A DNA stretch of 32,934 nt from Actinomycetales bacterium. GTDB taxonomy: Bacteria; Actinomycetota; Actinomycetes; Actinomycetales; Dermatophilaceae. Position 1 is the first letter of the stretch. Each line of letters opens with the position of its first letter. The notes under the pieces are model-generated. The model was not told the DNA's origin. It saw nothing but the letters and a program-made list of their open reading frames with translations, and did not search any database. The translations under genes were made by a program, and so were the position numbers. Shown here piece by piece: positions 20,772 to 30,077 of the stretch. The DNA lies in NCBI GenBank assembly GCA_038233875.1, contig JBBSVB010000001.1:1-32934 (forward strand), given 5' to 3'.

Positions 20772-21242
20772 TCAGTCGCTGAGTCCGGCCATCATGACCA
20801 ACCTTGATCGAATGTCTTCGCCGTTGCGGTCTTGCTGGTGCCAGTCCGTGAGTTCCGGCCCGGTAGTTGCCCCGGCTCGTAGAGACAGGAGCGCGAACTC
20901 GTACGGGACGCCGTCTTCCAGAATGCGGGTCAACAACTCGGAGGGGTTGTCTAAACCGCGTTCAACACACACGTCTCGTAGCGCAGCGAACTCCTGTGCC
21001 GTGTAGCCGCCCCTGTTCCATTCGTAGGCAAGCGACGGCAGGCAGACTCCGGCTTCGCACCACGAGACGGCATCGTCGTCGGACAGTCCGTGTATGCGGA
21101 AGGCACCGATGTCGCGCACCAACGTGCGTCGATTGGAGTCCGGGATTGCCCTCGTTATTGCGTCGGCTTGTTGGCGGTTCAGACCGAGTTGATACATGAG
21201 CCATGCGGCTCGCTCTTGTCGGCGAATCTCGTAGGTGGTCAT
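20772..21242 (-). CDS. Hypothetical helical protein (156 aa)
   Basis: ATG overlaps upstream stop (TGATG); W..AG / W..GG repeat-like pattern. Confidence 0.65.
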   Translation of the reverse strand: MTTYEIRRQERAAWLMYQLGLNRQQADAITRAIPDSNRRTLVRDIGAFRIHGLSDDDAVSWCEAGVCLPSLAYEWNRGGYTAQEFAALRDVCVERGLDNPSELLTRILEDGVPYEFALLSLRAGATTGPELTDWHQQDRNGEDIRSRLVMMAGLSD

Positions 21243-21751
21243 CAGCCACCCGGTGGGGTCGGGTTGGGAATGTGGCGTTGTAGATGGCTGATGAGTTTCT
21301 TGCTGGAACGCATCACGGTGTCCATCTGCGATTCGAGGTCTCGTGGGTTGGTGTTGTAAACGCGGGTGAGGATGCCGAGGTCGCGATCGAGGCCGTCGGC
21401 GTATTCGAAGAGGGTCAGGAGGTGGCGACGGCCCACGTCGACGGTGCCTCGTTCTAGCCATCTCTTTCGTTGCCGTTGTAGCGAGGTGTACTTGGTGCGG
21501 CAGGGGTCGCAGAAGGGTGACTGGCCCCGAGCGGGTAGGACGGTGTCGCAGGCGTTGCACCAGCGCACGAACTGGTCTGTGCTGAACCGAGCGGGGTCGG
21601 GGCGTTCGTTAGGTCTGCTCGTGGGTGGTTGGTAGTTCTTGATGCTGGTTGGGTAAGCGCCCGGTTGATCGCGGGGTGGGAGCACAGCGAGTCGGGCGTA
21701 GCGGCGCATGGAGGGGTAGATCCTGTTGGGGTCGTTTGGGTCCCGAGTCAT
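21242..21751 (-). CDS. Hypothetical zinc-ribbon protein, possibly DNA binding
   Basis: CNAC-x12-CDPC followed by basic helix YTSLQRQRKRW; start uncertain. Confidence 0.6.
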   Translation of the reverse strand: MTRDPNDPNRIYPSMRRYARLAVLPPRDQPGAYPTSIKNYQPPTSRPNERPDPARFSTDQFVRWCNACDTVLPARGQSPFCDPCRTKYTSLQRQRKRWLERGTVDVGRRHLLTLFEYADGLDRDLGILTRVYNTNPRDLESQMDTVMRSSKKLISHLQRHIPNPTPPGG

Positions 21752-21793
21752 CCGTCGAGTCGTCACTTGTCGGAAGGTATACGTCGCCGATCT

Positions 21794-22117
21794 GGTCCGA
21801 CGCGTTTTGTCCGCACCAACTCGCCGGATAGCACCCGTAGCGCTTCTAGGGGCGGACGGAGCGCCCGGACGGCCCTGAAACTGGCGCAACACGTTTCGGT
21901 CCGGACACGATCGGTCGGACCAAATCGCTAGGTGCCGACACTTCACGTCGGACCAGTTGGCCTCCGCCTTCTGTTCCGTGCGCTCCGTCTGTGTGCGCAG
22001 ATCGACATGTCGGGCGGTTAGGTCCGGACACTTTGTGTCGGACCTCTAGCCGTCCGTGGCTTCGTCACTCCATAGATCGTGTCTGGGAGGTCGGTGCGGA
22101 CACGAACTGGTCCGACC
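21794..22117. repeat. Five 24-25 bp pseudo-palindromic repeats, consensus GGTSCGGACAC-N5-GTCGGACC
   Basis: Copies at 21794-21817 (inverted), 21898-21921, 21931-21954, 22021-22044 and 22093-22117. Confidence 0.8.
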
Positions 22118-22547
22118 CTGCCGTCACAGAGGCGTGGCCCGCCGTACCGAATCAGATCGAGCACCGGTGACCCCAACGCTCTCGATTCGGGGTCAGACGG
22201 GACGCGTCCAGAGCGAATGCAAGCGGACAAACCGGGCCGCACCCTTGTCTCATGCACGACCTGCTGCACCTCTTCTAACCCGGCGGTCGAGGGACCAAGG
22301 ACAGGTGGCAGCCGCCACTCCCGACGGCTGCCTCTATTCATCACCAGCCACAACCCGTCCACGCCGCGCTACGGCGTATAGGAAGGACGACCTATGACTA
22401 CGAGTGGTGACGACACCGTCATCGGCTTCCACCGACACGCCCAGAGCACACCAAAGAACGACGGCGACCTCTCTGGCGACGGCACACAGTGGGTTCCCGA
22501 GATCGATGGTTGCGCCGTGTCAGAGGTCGACGCTGACGTCCGCAACA

Positions 22548-22563
22548 CCGAACATGTGTTCGA
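22548..22563. promoter_or_regulatory. LexA (SOS) box upstream of tnsA
   Basis: CCGAACATGTGTTCGA versus actinobacterial consensus TCGAAC-N4-GTTCGA. Confidence 0.75.
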
Positions 22564-22669
22564 TGGCAAGAGGGATGATGATGGCGACTCGGATGGGCAG
22601 AAGGAACGGCTGACCCTGCTGCACGGTGGCGGGCTCAGTCGTGCCGAGCCCAATCGCACAGGAGTCACA

Positions 22670-23581
22670 GTGTCAGCCCTAAGCCCAACTCTCTCCAGCC
22701 CTGCCCTGCCCGAAACTCGGTTCACAGGTCTGGGTCGCCACGACGCGCCACTCACCCGGTTCCGTCACGAGCGCACTAGCCCTCCCCTCTGGTCGGCCAC
22801 AGCCACGTGGCGTGATCTCGTACAGGAACGTGACGTCCCGGTCATGCCCGACCTGCCAGCACGATGGGGCACCGACTGGACCGTCACCTACCGCCACGGC
22901 AAGAACACACTGACCGCCAGCGTCGCCTCGGTCGGTATTGGTGACCTGCTGGTCGCCGACCCCATCCGGGTGAACTCGTGGCATCCGGGGAAGACAGCAC
23001 GGGCGGGTCTGCGGTTCGTGCATTCGACCGGGTACCACCACGCCCACGAGTCGCTGTTCGAACGCAAGTTGCTCTACGTCCTCGACTTCGACGACGCGAC
23101 CGCCATCGCCTGCCAGCCCTTCACCCTGACATGGCACGACGGGCACCGGGTTCGGCACCACACCCCTGATTTCCTCGTCGAAGTCGACGGCCACATCGTC
23201 ATCATCAACACCCGCCCGGCGGCTCTGGTCAAGGACCCGCTCATCGAAGACGCCACTGCTATCGGTGAGGTATGCCTGTCGCGGGGGTGGGACCACTCCC
23301 TCGTCGTCGGCTACTCCCTGCCCGGCATCACCACCGTGGAGACCATCGAGACGCACGCCACCTCCACTGACCACCTCGGCTACACCGACGAGGTTCTCGA
23401 CCTCCTGACCACCTACGGGCCGACACCCTTCGCCGAGGTGTGCGACGCGTTCGAGGCTCCCGTGCTGGCACGGGCAACGCTTCAACGGCTCATGTGGGAA
23501 CGGCAGGTCTCGGTCGACCTGAACGCTCCGCTGCAGGACTGGTCACTGGTGGCGCTACCCGGAGAGGAGACGCAGCCATGA
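22670..23581 (+). CDS. tnsA: TnsA-like heteromeric transposase endonuclease subunit (start uncertain: 22394, 22556, 22670 or 22844)
   Basis: HESLFERK..LDFD, QPFTL, HTPDFLV..INTRP, GWDH, C-terminal winged helix; AGGAG RBS before GTG 22670. Confidence 0.88.
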   Translation: MSALSPTLSSPALPETRFTGLGRHDAPLTRFRHERTSPPLWSATATWRDLVQERDVPVMPDLPARWGTDWTVTYRHGKNTLTASVASVGIGDLLVADPIRVNSWHPGKTARAGLRFVHSTGYHHAHESLFERKLLYVLDFDDATAIACQPFTLTWHDGHRVRHHTPDFLVEVDGHIVIINTRPAALVKDPLIEDATAIGEVCLSRGWDHSLVVGYSLPGITTVETIETHATSTDHLGYTDEVLDLLTTYGPTPFAEVCDAFEAPVLARATLQRLMWERQVSVDLNAPLQDWSLVALPGEETQP

Positions 23582-25779
23582 CCGCGTTCCGGCCCGCCAA
23601 GGGCACCGAGTTCTACCTCAACGGCGAATGGCACCTCATCGAATCCGTCGACCACCGTGCCGGTTCGCTCACGGTCGTGGACCGCAACGGGGTCCTCACC
23701 ACCATGTCTGTCGAGGACCTCATCAACCATCGGTCGTTGACGCGTGACGATGACCGGCTACCGCCACAAGATCTGGTAGCGCGGCTCCCAGAGGCGGACC
23801 GGCAGGTCGCCATCATGCGCATCGAGCACGCCAACGAGGCCATGACCGGGTTCCGGTCTGGTGACCCGAACGTTGCACTGCCCGGCGAACCAAAGCCCGA
23901 GTACGACCCTGCGACCACTTTCCAGAAGGACCGGTTGGCTGCGAAGCACGCCGAACTCGACACAGAGTTCGCCCGGCTGCTCGGTGTTGACATGAGCGTG
24001 CGGACGATTCGTCGGTTGGGGACGGCAGCCAAGGACGGCACCGTGTTCGCGACCGCCGCAGGTTCTCACGGGCCACGACGGGTGAAGGGGCGTCGCGCTA
24101 TCTGCCGTGAGGTCGCCGAGGAGACCTTCCGGGTCGTCGAGGACCGTCGCCAGTTGTCAAACAAGACGGTGCGGGGCATGCATGTGGAGTTGCGTCGCCG
24201 CCTGATGGAGCAGGGGTACGGCGAGGCGTGGATGGGGAAGAACTTCCCTGAGGAGCGCACGTGGCGCAGGTTTGTTCACGACTACTGGACGCCGAGCGAA
24301 CTGACCGGCAAGTCCCGCACCCGCGCCTCGGGCACCGTCGCACCGGTTGGCGGATTCCGTCGGATGAACCCGACCCGTCCGGGCCAGATCGTGTTCATGG
24401 ACACCAACAGCCTCGACGTGCTCCTCAAGGGCACCGCCATCGAGGGGGCTGTCCGGGGTTCTGTGGTTGTGGGTCTCGACCAGTTCTCACGGTCGGTGTG
24501 CAGCGTCCGGGTCGTCGAGCAGGCCGAGAAGAACCTCGACATCGGGTTCGCGTTGCTCGACCTTGCCAAGCCCAAGCAGATGAAACCGGACTGGCCTGAC
24601 GATGCTCGCTGGCCTTTCGTTGGCATCCCCGAAGGGGTCCTCGGCACCAGCGCCACGGGTTCTGGTGTCGGCATCGCGGGGCTGCCGATCGTCAACCCCG
24701 AATCCCTCGGTCTTGACCACGGTGGCCCGTACAAGGCCCACAAGACCCGCGAACTGGCTGCCCGGTACGGCATCGACATCCTGCCCGCCCGCACCTACAC
24801 CGGATCCGACAAGGCATGGATTGAACGGTTCTTCGGTGCGCTGCGGACCATGCTCCTCGAACACCTCGAAGGCTACCGGGGCAGTGACACCTCTGAACGC
24901 GGCAAGAACACCGACAACGAAGTCGAGTGGACAGCGCAACGTCTCGAAGACCTCATCGCGTTGTGGGCTGTCAGGATGTGGCAGACCCACATCATGGAAG
25001 GTGTCCGTCCGTCGTGGTGCCCTGAAGGTCACTGGTCACCTAACAGCCTGTACCAGCACGGTATCGAGACCGCCGGGCTCTCACCGCGTCTGATGACGTC
25101 CTCGGACTTCTACGGTGTTATCACCACCACCTACGTCAAGGTCCATTCACGTGGCGTGAACGTTCGCGGCCTCTGGTACGACAACGACCCCGACACGGGC
25201 GAGACGGTGCTGGACTCGCGCCGTAACCAGCCCGCCCCGACCGGGAACAAGAAGTGGACCGTCCAGTACGACCGCCGCGACCTGCGGCACGTCTGGTTTG
25301 TCGACGAGTTCGAAGAACGTCATCTGCTCCGTTGGGTCGGGGCCACCGGTGATTTCCCGTCGTTCAGCGATCGGCACATCAACGCCCTCCGCAACCGCAT
25401 CGACGGCCAGATCCGGCAGTACGACTCCCACGAACTCGCCGAAATCCTGCTCACCGAGGTTCTGCCCGTCCGTACCCCCGAGGGGTGGATTGCCGGAGAC
25501 AAGGCGGCGAACAAGGCAGCGTCAGCGCACGCCCGCGACCGTGAACTTGCTGTCGGGGACGCCGCGAACTATGCAGCCGCCGAATCCGCACCACCCGAAC
25601 CGGAGCCGGAGCCCGCGACCGCGTTGGAAGCCAAGCGCAAGGAGCGGCGTCAACGCGCCACCGGCGGCAACCCGTCCCGGCCAGCCGCGACCCCTGCGGC
25701 TTCTACTGCGGCCCGTCTGAGTTCAACCCCCAGCAGCATGCTCGACACCATCGCCGCCCTACGCAAGGACCAATCATGA
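23578..25779 (+). CDS. tnsB: TnsB-like DDE transposase (Mu-type)
   Basis: FMDTNSLD, LDHGGPY and KAWIERFF catalytic triad; VQYDRRDLRHVW Mu C-terminal motif; ATGA overlap with tnsA. Confidence 0.93.
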   Translation: MTAFRPAKGTEFYLNGEWHLIESVDHRAGSLTVVDRNGVLTTMSVEDLINHRSLTRDDDRLPPQDLVARLPEADRQVAIMRIEHANEAMTGFRSGDPNVALPGEPKPEYDPATTFQKDRLAAKHAELDTEFARLLGVDMSVRTIRRLGTAAKDGTVFATAAGSHGPRRVKGRRAICREVAEETFRVVEDRRQLSNKTVRGMHVELRRRLMEQGYGEAWMGKNFPEERTWRRFVHDYWTPSELTGKSRTRASGTVAPVGGFRRMNPTRPGQIVFMDTNSLDVLLKGTAIEGAVRGSVVVGLDQFSRSVCSVRVVEQAEKNLDIGFALLDLAKPKQMKPDWPDDARWPFVGIPEGVLGTSATGSGVGIAGLPIVNPESLGLDHGGPYKAHKTRELAARYGIDILPARTYTGSDKAWIERFFGALRTMLLEHLEGYRGSDTSERGKNTDNEVEWTAQRLEDLIALWAVRMWQTHIMEGVRPSWCPEGHWSPNSLYQHGIETAGLSPRLMTSSDFYGVITTTYVKVHSRGVNVRGLWYDNDPDTGETVLDSRRNQPAPTGNKKWTVQYDRRDLRHVWFVDEFEERHLLRWVGATGDFPSFSDRHINALRNRIDGQIRQYDSHELAEILLTEVLPVRTPEGWIAGDKAANKAASAHARDRELAVGDAANYAAAESAPPEPEPEPATALEAKRKERRQRATGGNPSRPAATPAASTAARLSSTPSSMLDTIAALRKDQS

Positions 25780-27011
25780 CCATCTCACTCGACGACTTCG
25801 TCACCGTTGACCTGTCCGAGATCGAGAAACTCGACATCAGTGATCTCGACGGATGGAAGACGTTCGTGCGGCTGCGTGACGCTTACACACCCCCTCCGCT
25901 GCTGAGCCGCGACGACTACGAGTCGCTCAACCTCAGGGACCGGGTCAAGTACGACGCCATCCGGCACATTGGCAACTTCAACATGCCCAAGTTGCAAACC
26001 CCCATGACCGCTCACGTACGCAGCCAAGTCGAACGTGTACTACGCGCCAACATCTACCGGATGGACCCCGGTGTTCGCTCCGGTGTCTTCATCTCCGCAG
26101 ACGGGTCAATGGGCAAGAGCACCCTTATGCGCGAGATTGCCGCCAACCATGAAGCCGAACTCGAAGCCCTACGCGAAGTCCTCCCCGGATCTATTCACTT
26201 CCGTGACAGGTGGGTTCCCGTCGCGTGGGTCACCGTCCCACCGAAACTGTCCATCCGGAGCCTCGCCACCGCGATCCTCAACTTCTACGGGGAGCCGTTC
26301 CGGCCCAGCGCCACCGATCCCCAGATGACCCGGCGGGTTGAAGATGTCATCCGCGACTGCGGAACCCGGCTTCTCGTCCTTGACGACATCACCCGCTACA
26401 AGGACGCCGAAGCAGACCGGTACGCCTCGGACTGGATCCGGAACCTCATGGAATCCTCCGTCACGATCGTCGCACTGGGTGTTGACGTGCGCGGCTCAGG
26501 AATCCTCTACGACGGAGCACGAGGACGCGAACAACGACTACGGACACAAACCGCGCAACGCTTCACCGTCCTCGACATCGAACCGTTCCGCTACGACACC
26601 GACGACACCACCCGCGACTGGGTAGACCACCTGCGCGCCGTCGAAGCCGACCTTCTCCTCCTTGACAAGGAACCCGGCATGCTCGAAGCCCATGCCGAAC
26701 ACATCTATGCCCGTACCGGCGGAGTCATCGGTGTCTTCAGCGAATGGGTGCAGTTGGCAGCCGAATCCGTCATCGGGAGGCACCCGGCTGACGGCGGGGA
26801 AACGCTGACACGCGCCGATCTTGACGAGGCCCCCATCCGGGGCCAGCACACCTCACCCGACACCTCGGTAGTCCAGCCGCGTTCCAAGGTGAAGAGGACG
26901 ACGCGCGTCCCCGCGAAGAAGGGACGCAACACCGTCTTCGACCAACCCACCCGTCACCCGAACTCACGCCCAGCCAAGACCCGGCCCACGCCACAGGACG
27001 GTGTGGCATGA
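25776..27011 (+). CDS. tnsC: TnsC/TniB-like AAA+ ATPase
   Basis: ADGSMGKST Walker A, VPVAWVTVP, LLVLDDI Walker B, QRF, RTGGVIG; ATGA overlap. Confidence 0.92.
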   Translation: MTISLDDFVTVDLSEIEKLDISDLDGWKTFVRLRDAYTPPPLLSRDDYESLNLRDRVKYDAIRHIGNFNMPKLQTPMTAHVRSQVERVLRANIYRMDPGVRSGVFISADGSMGKSTLMREIAANHEAELEALREVLPGSIHFRDRWVPVAWVTVPPKLSIRSLATAILNFYGEPFRPSATDPQMTRRVEDVIRDCGTRLLVLDDITRYKDAEADRYASDWIRNLMESSVTIVALGVDVRGSGILYDGARGREQRLRTQTAQRFTVLDIEPFRYDTDDTTRDWVDHLRAVEADLLLLDKEPGMLEAHAEHIYARTGGVIGVFSEWVQLAAESVIGRHPADGGETLTRADLDEAPIRGQHTSPDTSVVQPRSKVKRTTRVPAKKGRNTVFDQPTRHPNSRPAKTRPTPQDGVA

Positions 27012-28858
27012 CCGCAGACCTCACCATCGTGGCGAACACCCCGACACCAGAGACGACCATCACCGACTGGCGTCGGCTCCTCCCCCGCAGCAACCAGCCC
27101 TTATCCGACGAAACTCTCGCCGGATACGTCCTCAACCTCGCCTACCGGCTCGACCTGACCCCCACCGGAGTCATGAAGAGGACCGGGCTCACCAGCAAAC
27201 AGAGAGCCCACGTCCTCCAACTTCAATACGGGATCCGTCTCCCCGACGACACCCTCCACCGGTTCACCACGAGCACCGGCCTCAGCACCCACGAAGCACA
27301 AGCGATGACACTGCACCGCTACGCCGACCTCACCACCATCCCCCGCATCTCCAAGGTCCGCGACGACCGGCAATGGCTCGACCCACGCACCAGCCGCTAC
27401 TGCCCCCACTGCCTCGCCGAACCCACCCCACAAGGCGACGAGCACCCCCTCTGGCGCATCCAATGGCTCACCCCGTGGGCTGTGGCCTGCCCACGACACA
27501 ACTGCCTACTCCTTGACGCCTGCCCCGGCTGCGGCACCCGAGTCGGTGAAAGCGGCGGTCAACTCCGCAGCCTCATCCCTCACGTCGGGAACCCCGTCAC
27601 ACACCCCGCCGTCTGCCGGGCCAAGCCCGCCGACGCGAAATACCTAACCGCCTGCGACACGCGCCTCGACCACGCCGAAACAATCCCAGCCCCAGCCGCC
27701 CTCATTGACCAGCAACGGCTCTTCGACCAGATCCTCAACGGCGAACAACCCGACACGCTCACAAGTCTCGGCGCACCAGTCACACCCCGCGAATACCTGC
27801 TTGACCTGCGGCTCGTCACCGTCATGCTGCAACTTGCCGGGGACCCCACCGTCCTTAACGACCAGCCCGCGCCCTTCGCCGAAGCCGCCGCTGACTACAT
27901 AGCCACGCGCAGCGACAGCGTCGGCACCCTCAACCGTCACGGGCGAACAATCACCCTTCCCCCGGACGGCTACACCGCCAGCACCGGGCTCATCCTCACC
28001 GCCGCCCACCTACTCAACGACACCGACCGCATCGACACGATCAACCGCCTCGCCCAACTCGCCCTCATCAACGAACGTCACACATGGCGCACCGCCCAAG
28101 CCGGAGGTGAACCCAGCCACGCCCTTTGGGGTGCTCTTACCAACCAGCGGCTCCACACCACGGCCCCCGAACGGCTCCGCAGCCACCTCGGCACCAGCAC
28201 CCTCATCTTCAAGCCCCGCCACGTCCCCGCCTACCTGCCGCGAGACCTCTACGACAAACATTTCCCCGCCGTCCCCAGCACCTACCGCCGCCGCATCCGC
28301 CGACACGTACCGATCGCACTGGTCCGGCTCGTCGGAGACTTCGAAACCGCCGAGGACGCAGGCACTTACCTCGGCTACAACCCCACCGCGACGGCCCAAG
28401 CCACCGGCAGGCTCGCCAAAGCCCTCACCGACAGCGACCTCACCCTCGCCACACGAGTCGCCGCCATCGCCCAAGAACTCGAAGCCAGCCCCCGCATCGA
28501 CTACGGCACACCGCGCAACCACATCGGCCCGAACTGGAACGTCCCGGACCCCATCTGGGACACAGCCTGCCAAGCCCTCGCCGACAACGGCCTCGTCCGC
28601 GCCAACATCGACTGGGCTAAACGCCGAACTCTCTACGCGATCTGGGTATGGGAACTCGTGACCGGCGGCGACATCGCCGTCGCCCCCATGATCACCGGCC
28701 CCCTCCCGCCCGGCACCGTCCACCAACTGCAGGGCCTCAAACGCATGGCAACGCAACGCCACCACGACCTCATCGCCGATCTTGCCGAGGTTGTGCGGAC
28801 GAAAATGTTTCAGGAGTCAGACGCGTCTAGTGGTCTGACGCCCGCTCGCGACTGTTGA
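27008..28858 (+). CDS. tniQ: TniQ/TnsD-family target selector with long C-terminal extension (616 aa)
   Basis: PLSDETLAGYVLNLA, RYCPHCL, WRIQW, ACPRHNCLLLDACPGC; ATGA overlap with tnsC. Confidence 0.92.
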   Translation: MTADLTIVANTPTPETTITDWRRLLPRSNQPLSDETLAGYVLNLAYRLDLTPTGVMKRTGLTSKQRAHVLQLQYGIRLPDDTLHRFTTSTGLSTHEAQAMTLHRYADLTTIPRISKVRDDRQWLDPRTSRYCPHCLAEPTPQGDEHPLWRIQWLTPWAVACPRHNCLLLDACPGCGTRVGESGGQLRSLIPHVGNPVTHPAVCRAKPADAKYLTACDTRLDHAETIPAPAALIDQQRLFDQILNGEQPDTLTSLGAPVTPREYLLDLRLVTVMLQLAGDPTVLNDQPAPFAEAAADYIATRSDSVGTLNRHGRTITLPPDGYTASTGLILTAAHLLNDTDRIDTINRLAQLALINERHTWRTAQAGGEPSHALWGALTNQRLHTTAPERLRSHLGTSTLIFKPRHVPAYLPRDLYDKHFPAVPSTYRRRIRRHVPIALVRLVGDFETAEDAGTYLGYNPTATAQATGRLAKALTDSDLTLATRVAAIAQELEASPRIDYGTPRNHIGPNWNVPDPIWDTACQALADNGLVRANIDWAKRRTLYAIWVWELVTGGDIAVAPMITGPLPPGTVHQLQGLKRMATQRHHDLIADLAEVVRTKMFQESDASSGLTPARDC

Positions 28859-29091
28859 TGGGCCTCTGCCTTGGCAAGTGCTTCGGTGTAGCCGTCCGCC
28901 TCGATGCGTAGCCGATCGAGGAACTCCTGCACGGCGAGGGCGACAGTCTCTTGATGCGACGCAGTACCCACGAAAGCCGCCGCAACCTGCAACTCGAACC
29001 GGGTGCGGGCTGTCACGCGGTACCCGATCGGGTCGCCCCGGTCCGGGTTCGGCTTCGGGCCGCGCCGTCCTCCGCGTGCCTCCGCCGCCAT
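28810..29091 (-). CDS. Small ribbon-helix-helix-like DNA-binding protein
   Basis: Basic arm GRRGPKP, strand IGYRVT, two helices; GAGGA RBS. Confidence 0.6.
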   Translation of the reverse strand: MAAEARGGRRGPKPNPDRGDPIGYRVTARTRFELQVAAAFVGTASHQETVALAVQEFLDRLRIEADGYTEALAKAEAHQQSRAGVRPLDASDS

Positions 29092-29112
29092 GTCAGTCCT
29101 CGCCTCTACTGT
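29091..29112 (+). promoter_or_regulatory. PafBC/RecA-NDp-type promoter upstream of the PRTase-like gene
   Basis: TGTCAG-tcctcgcctc-TACTGT; -10 overlaps an ACTGT-N11-ACAGT inverted repeat (29108-29128). Confidence 0.55.
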
Positions 29113-29153
29113 GAAACTTAGTAACAGTGTCGCGCACGACCGTGGAGGCAGCA

Positions 29154-29582
29154 ATGACGATCACGATCCCCGCCGGTTCGTTGATGGAGTCCGCGCTCAA
29201 CGGGGAGCAGCAACTCGACGCCTTAGCCGAGCACGAGGTCCTCGCCTCAGCAGCGTCGGCACTGCTCGACGCTGTTGCGGCAGCCGGTCACGTTGCCGTC
29301 CGACCTATCGGTCGAGGTGGAGCGCTCATCGTGGGCGCAGCGTCGATGATGAGCCACGGGTCGCTACAGCACTCGCCCGAAGGAACACCCGCCGAAGAGA
29401 CCAGCAAGATCATGGTCGTCGACGCCGTGGCTGTCGGTCACGGCGTAGTCGAGCGCGCTGTCAACCAAGCCCGCCAGTCGGGAGCCGATTGGGTCGGAGC
29501 GTGGGTGTGGCGAGGATCCCCCACTCTGAACTGCGACGGCATCACCGCAGACCACGTCGCCGTCGACGGACTATTGAACTAA
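29154..29582 (+). CDS. Degenerate type I phosphoribosyltransferase-fold protein
   Basis: RPIGRGGALIVGA and KIMVVDAVAVGHGVVERAVNQARQSGADWVGAWV follow the VVDDxxxTG...GA pattern with substitutions; GGAGG RBS. Confidence 0.6.
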   Translation: MTITIPAGSLMESALNGEQQLDALAEHEVLASAASALLDAVAAAGHVAVRPIGRGGALIVGAASMMSHGSLQHSPEGTPAEETSKIMVVDAVAVGHGVVERAVNQARQSGADWVGAWVWRGSPTLNCDGITADHVAVDGLLN

Positions 29583-30014
29583 CTGCGCCGCCAAAGCAGC
29601 CGAAGCCGAGACTTTCCAGACCGCAGGCGCGATCTTCTTCGCCCGCTCCTCCGCCTCCGCAAGATCGCCTCCGCAGGCTGAGCCGACCTGAGGGCCGCTC
29701 ATCACACGAACGTCATTGCAGTGCTGGCGCGCCAGATAGATGGCAGCACCCTCGGCACGCAGGCGCAGCACCGTTGGTGCCGTCAGTCCACCTCGCGCCC
29801 CGTCGTCTCCCTGCCGGACGACAATCCGCTCGATATCTGACAGTGCGTTCAGACGAGCATCGAGACCGTCCGAGATGGCGGCGATCTTCTCAGCCACGTC
29901 GTCGGTGTCCGGGGCGAGATAGTCGAAAGTGACAACGTCTGTGCCATCAAGCACGACGCTACGCAGTCGCGGCTTGCCCTTCTCGACTCTGACCGCCAAA
30001 CCCACATACACCAT
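29571..30014 (-). CDS. RuvC/RNase H-like fold protein lacking catalytic acids
   Basis: YVGLAV, IVVRQ, RAEGAAIYLA, VRVMSGPQV and SAALAA map onto the RuvC layout; TAGGCT -10 7 nt before ATG. Confidence 0.55.
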   Translation of the reverse strand: MVYVGLAVRVEKGKPRLRSVVLDGTDVVTFDYLAPDTDDVAEKIAAISDGLDARLNALSDIERIVVRQGDDGARGGLTAPTVLRLRAEGAAIYLARQHCNDVRVMSGPQVGSACGGDLAEAEERAKKIAPAVWKVSASAALAAQLVQ

Positions 30015-30077
30015 GTCAAGCAGCCTAAGATGCGGTCGATGACACAGTCGCGCTTCCACCCGACAGTCTCATCAACC

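Noticed and set aside
22008-22044. TGTCGGGCGG as the left transposon end
   Set aside because: Not preceded by GCAAG and lacks the TGT-N4-TGACAC register of the observed end
21794-22117. Repeats as a mini-CRISPR array
   Set aside because: Repeat centres vary, gaps range from 9 to 80 bp and one copy is inverted, which fits protein-binding sites better
23160-23220. TnsA as catalytically dead (INTRP instead of D/E-x-K)
   Set aside because: Tn7 TnsA itself has an amide residue (QxK) here and actinobacterial TnsA-like proteins commonly have R for K; the E and PD motifs are intact, so inactivity is unsupported
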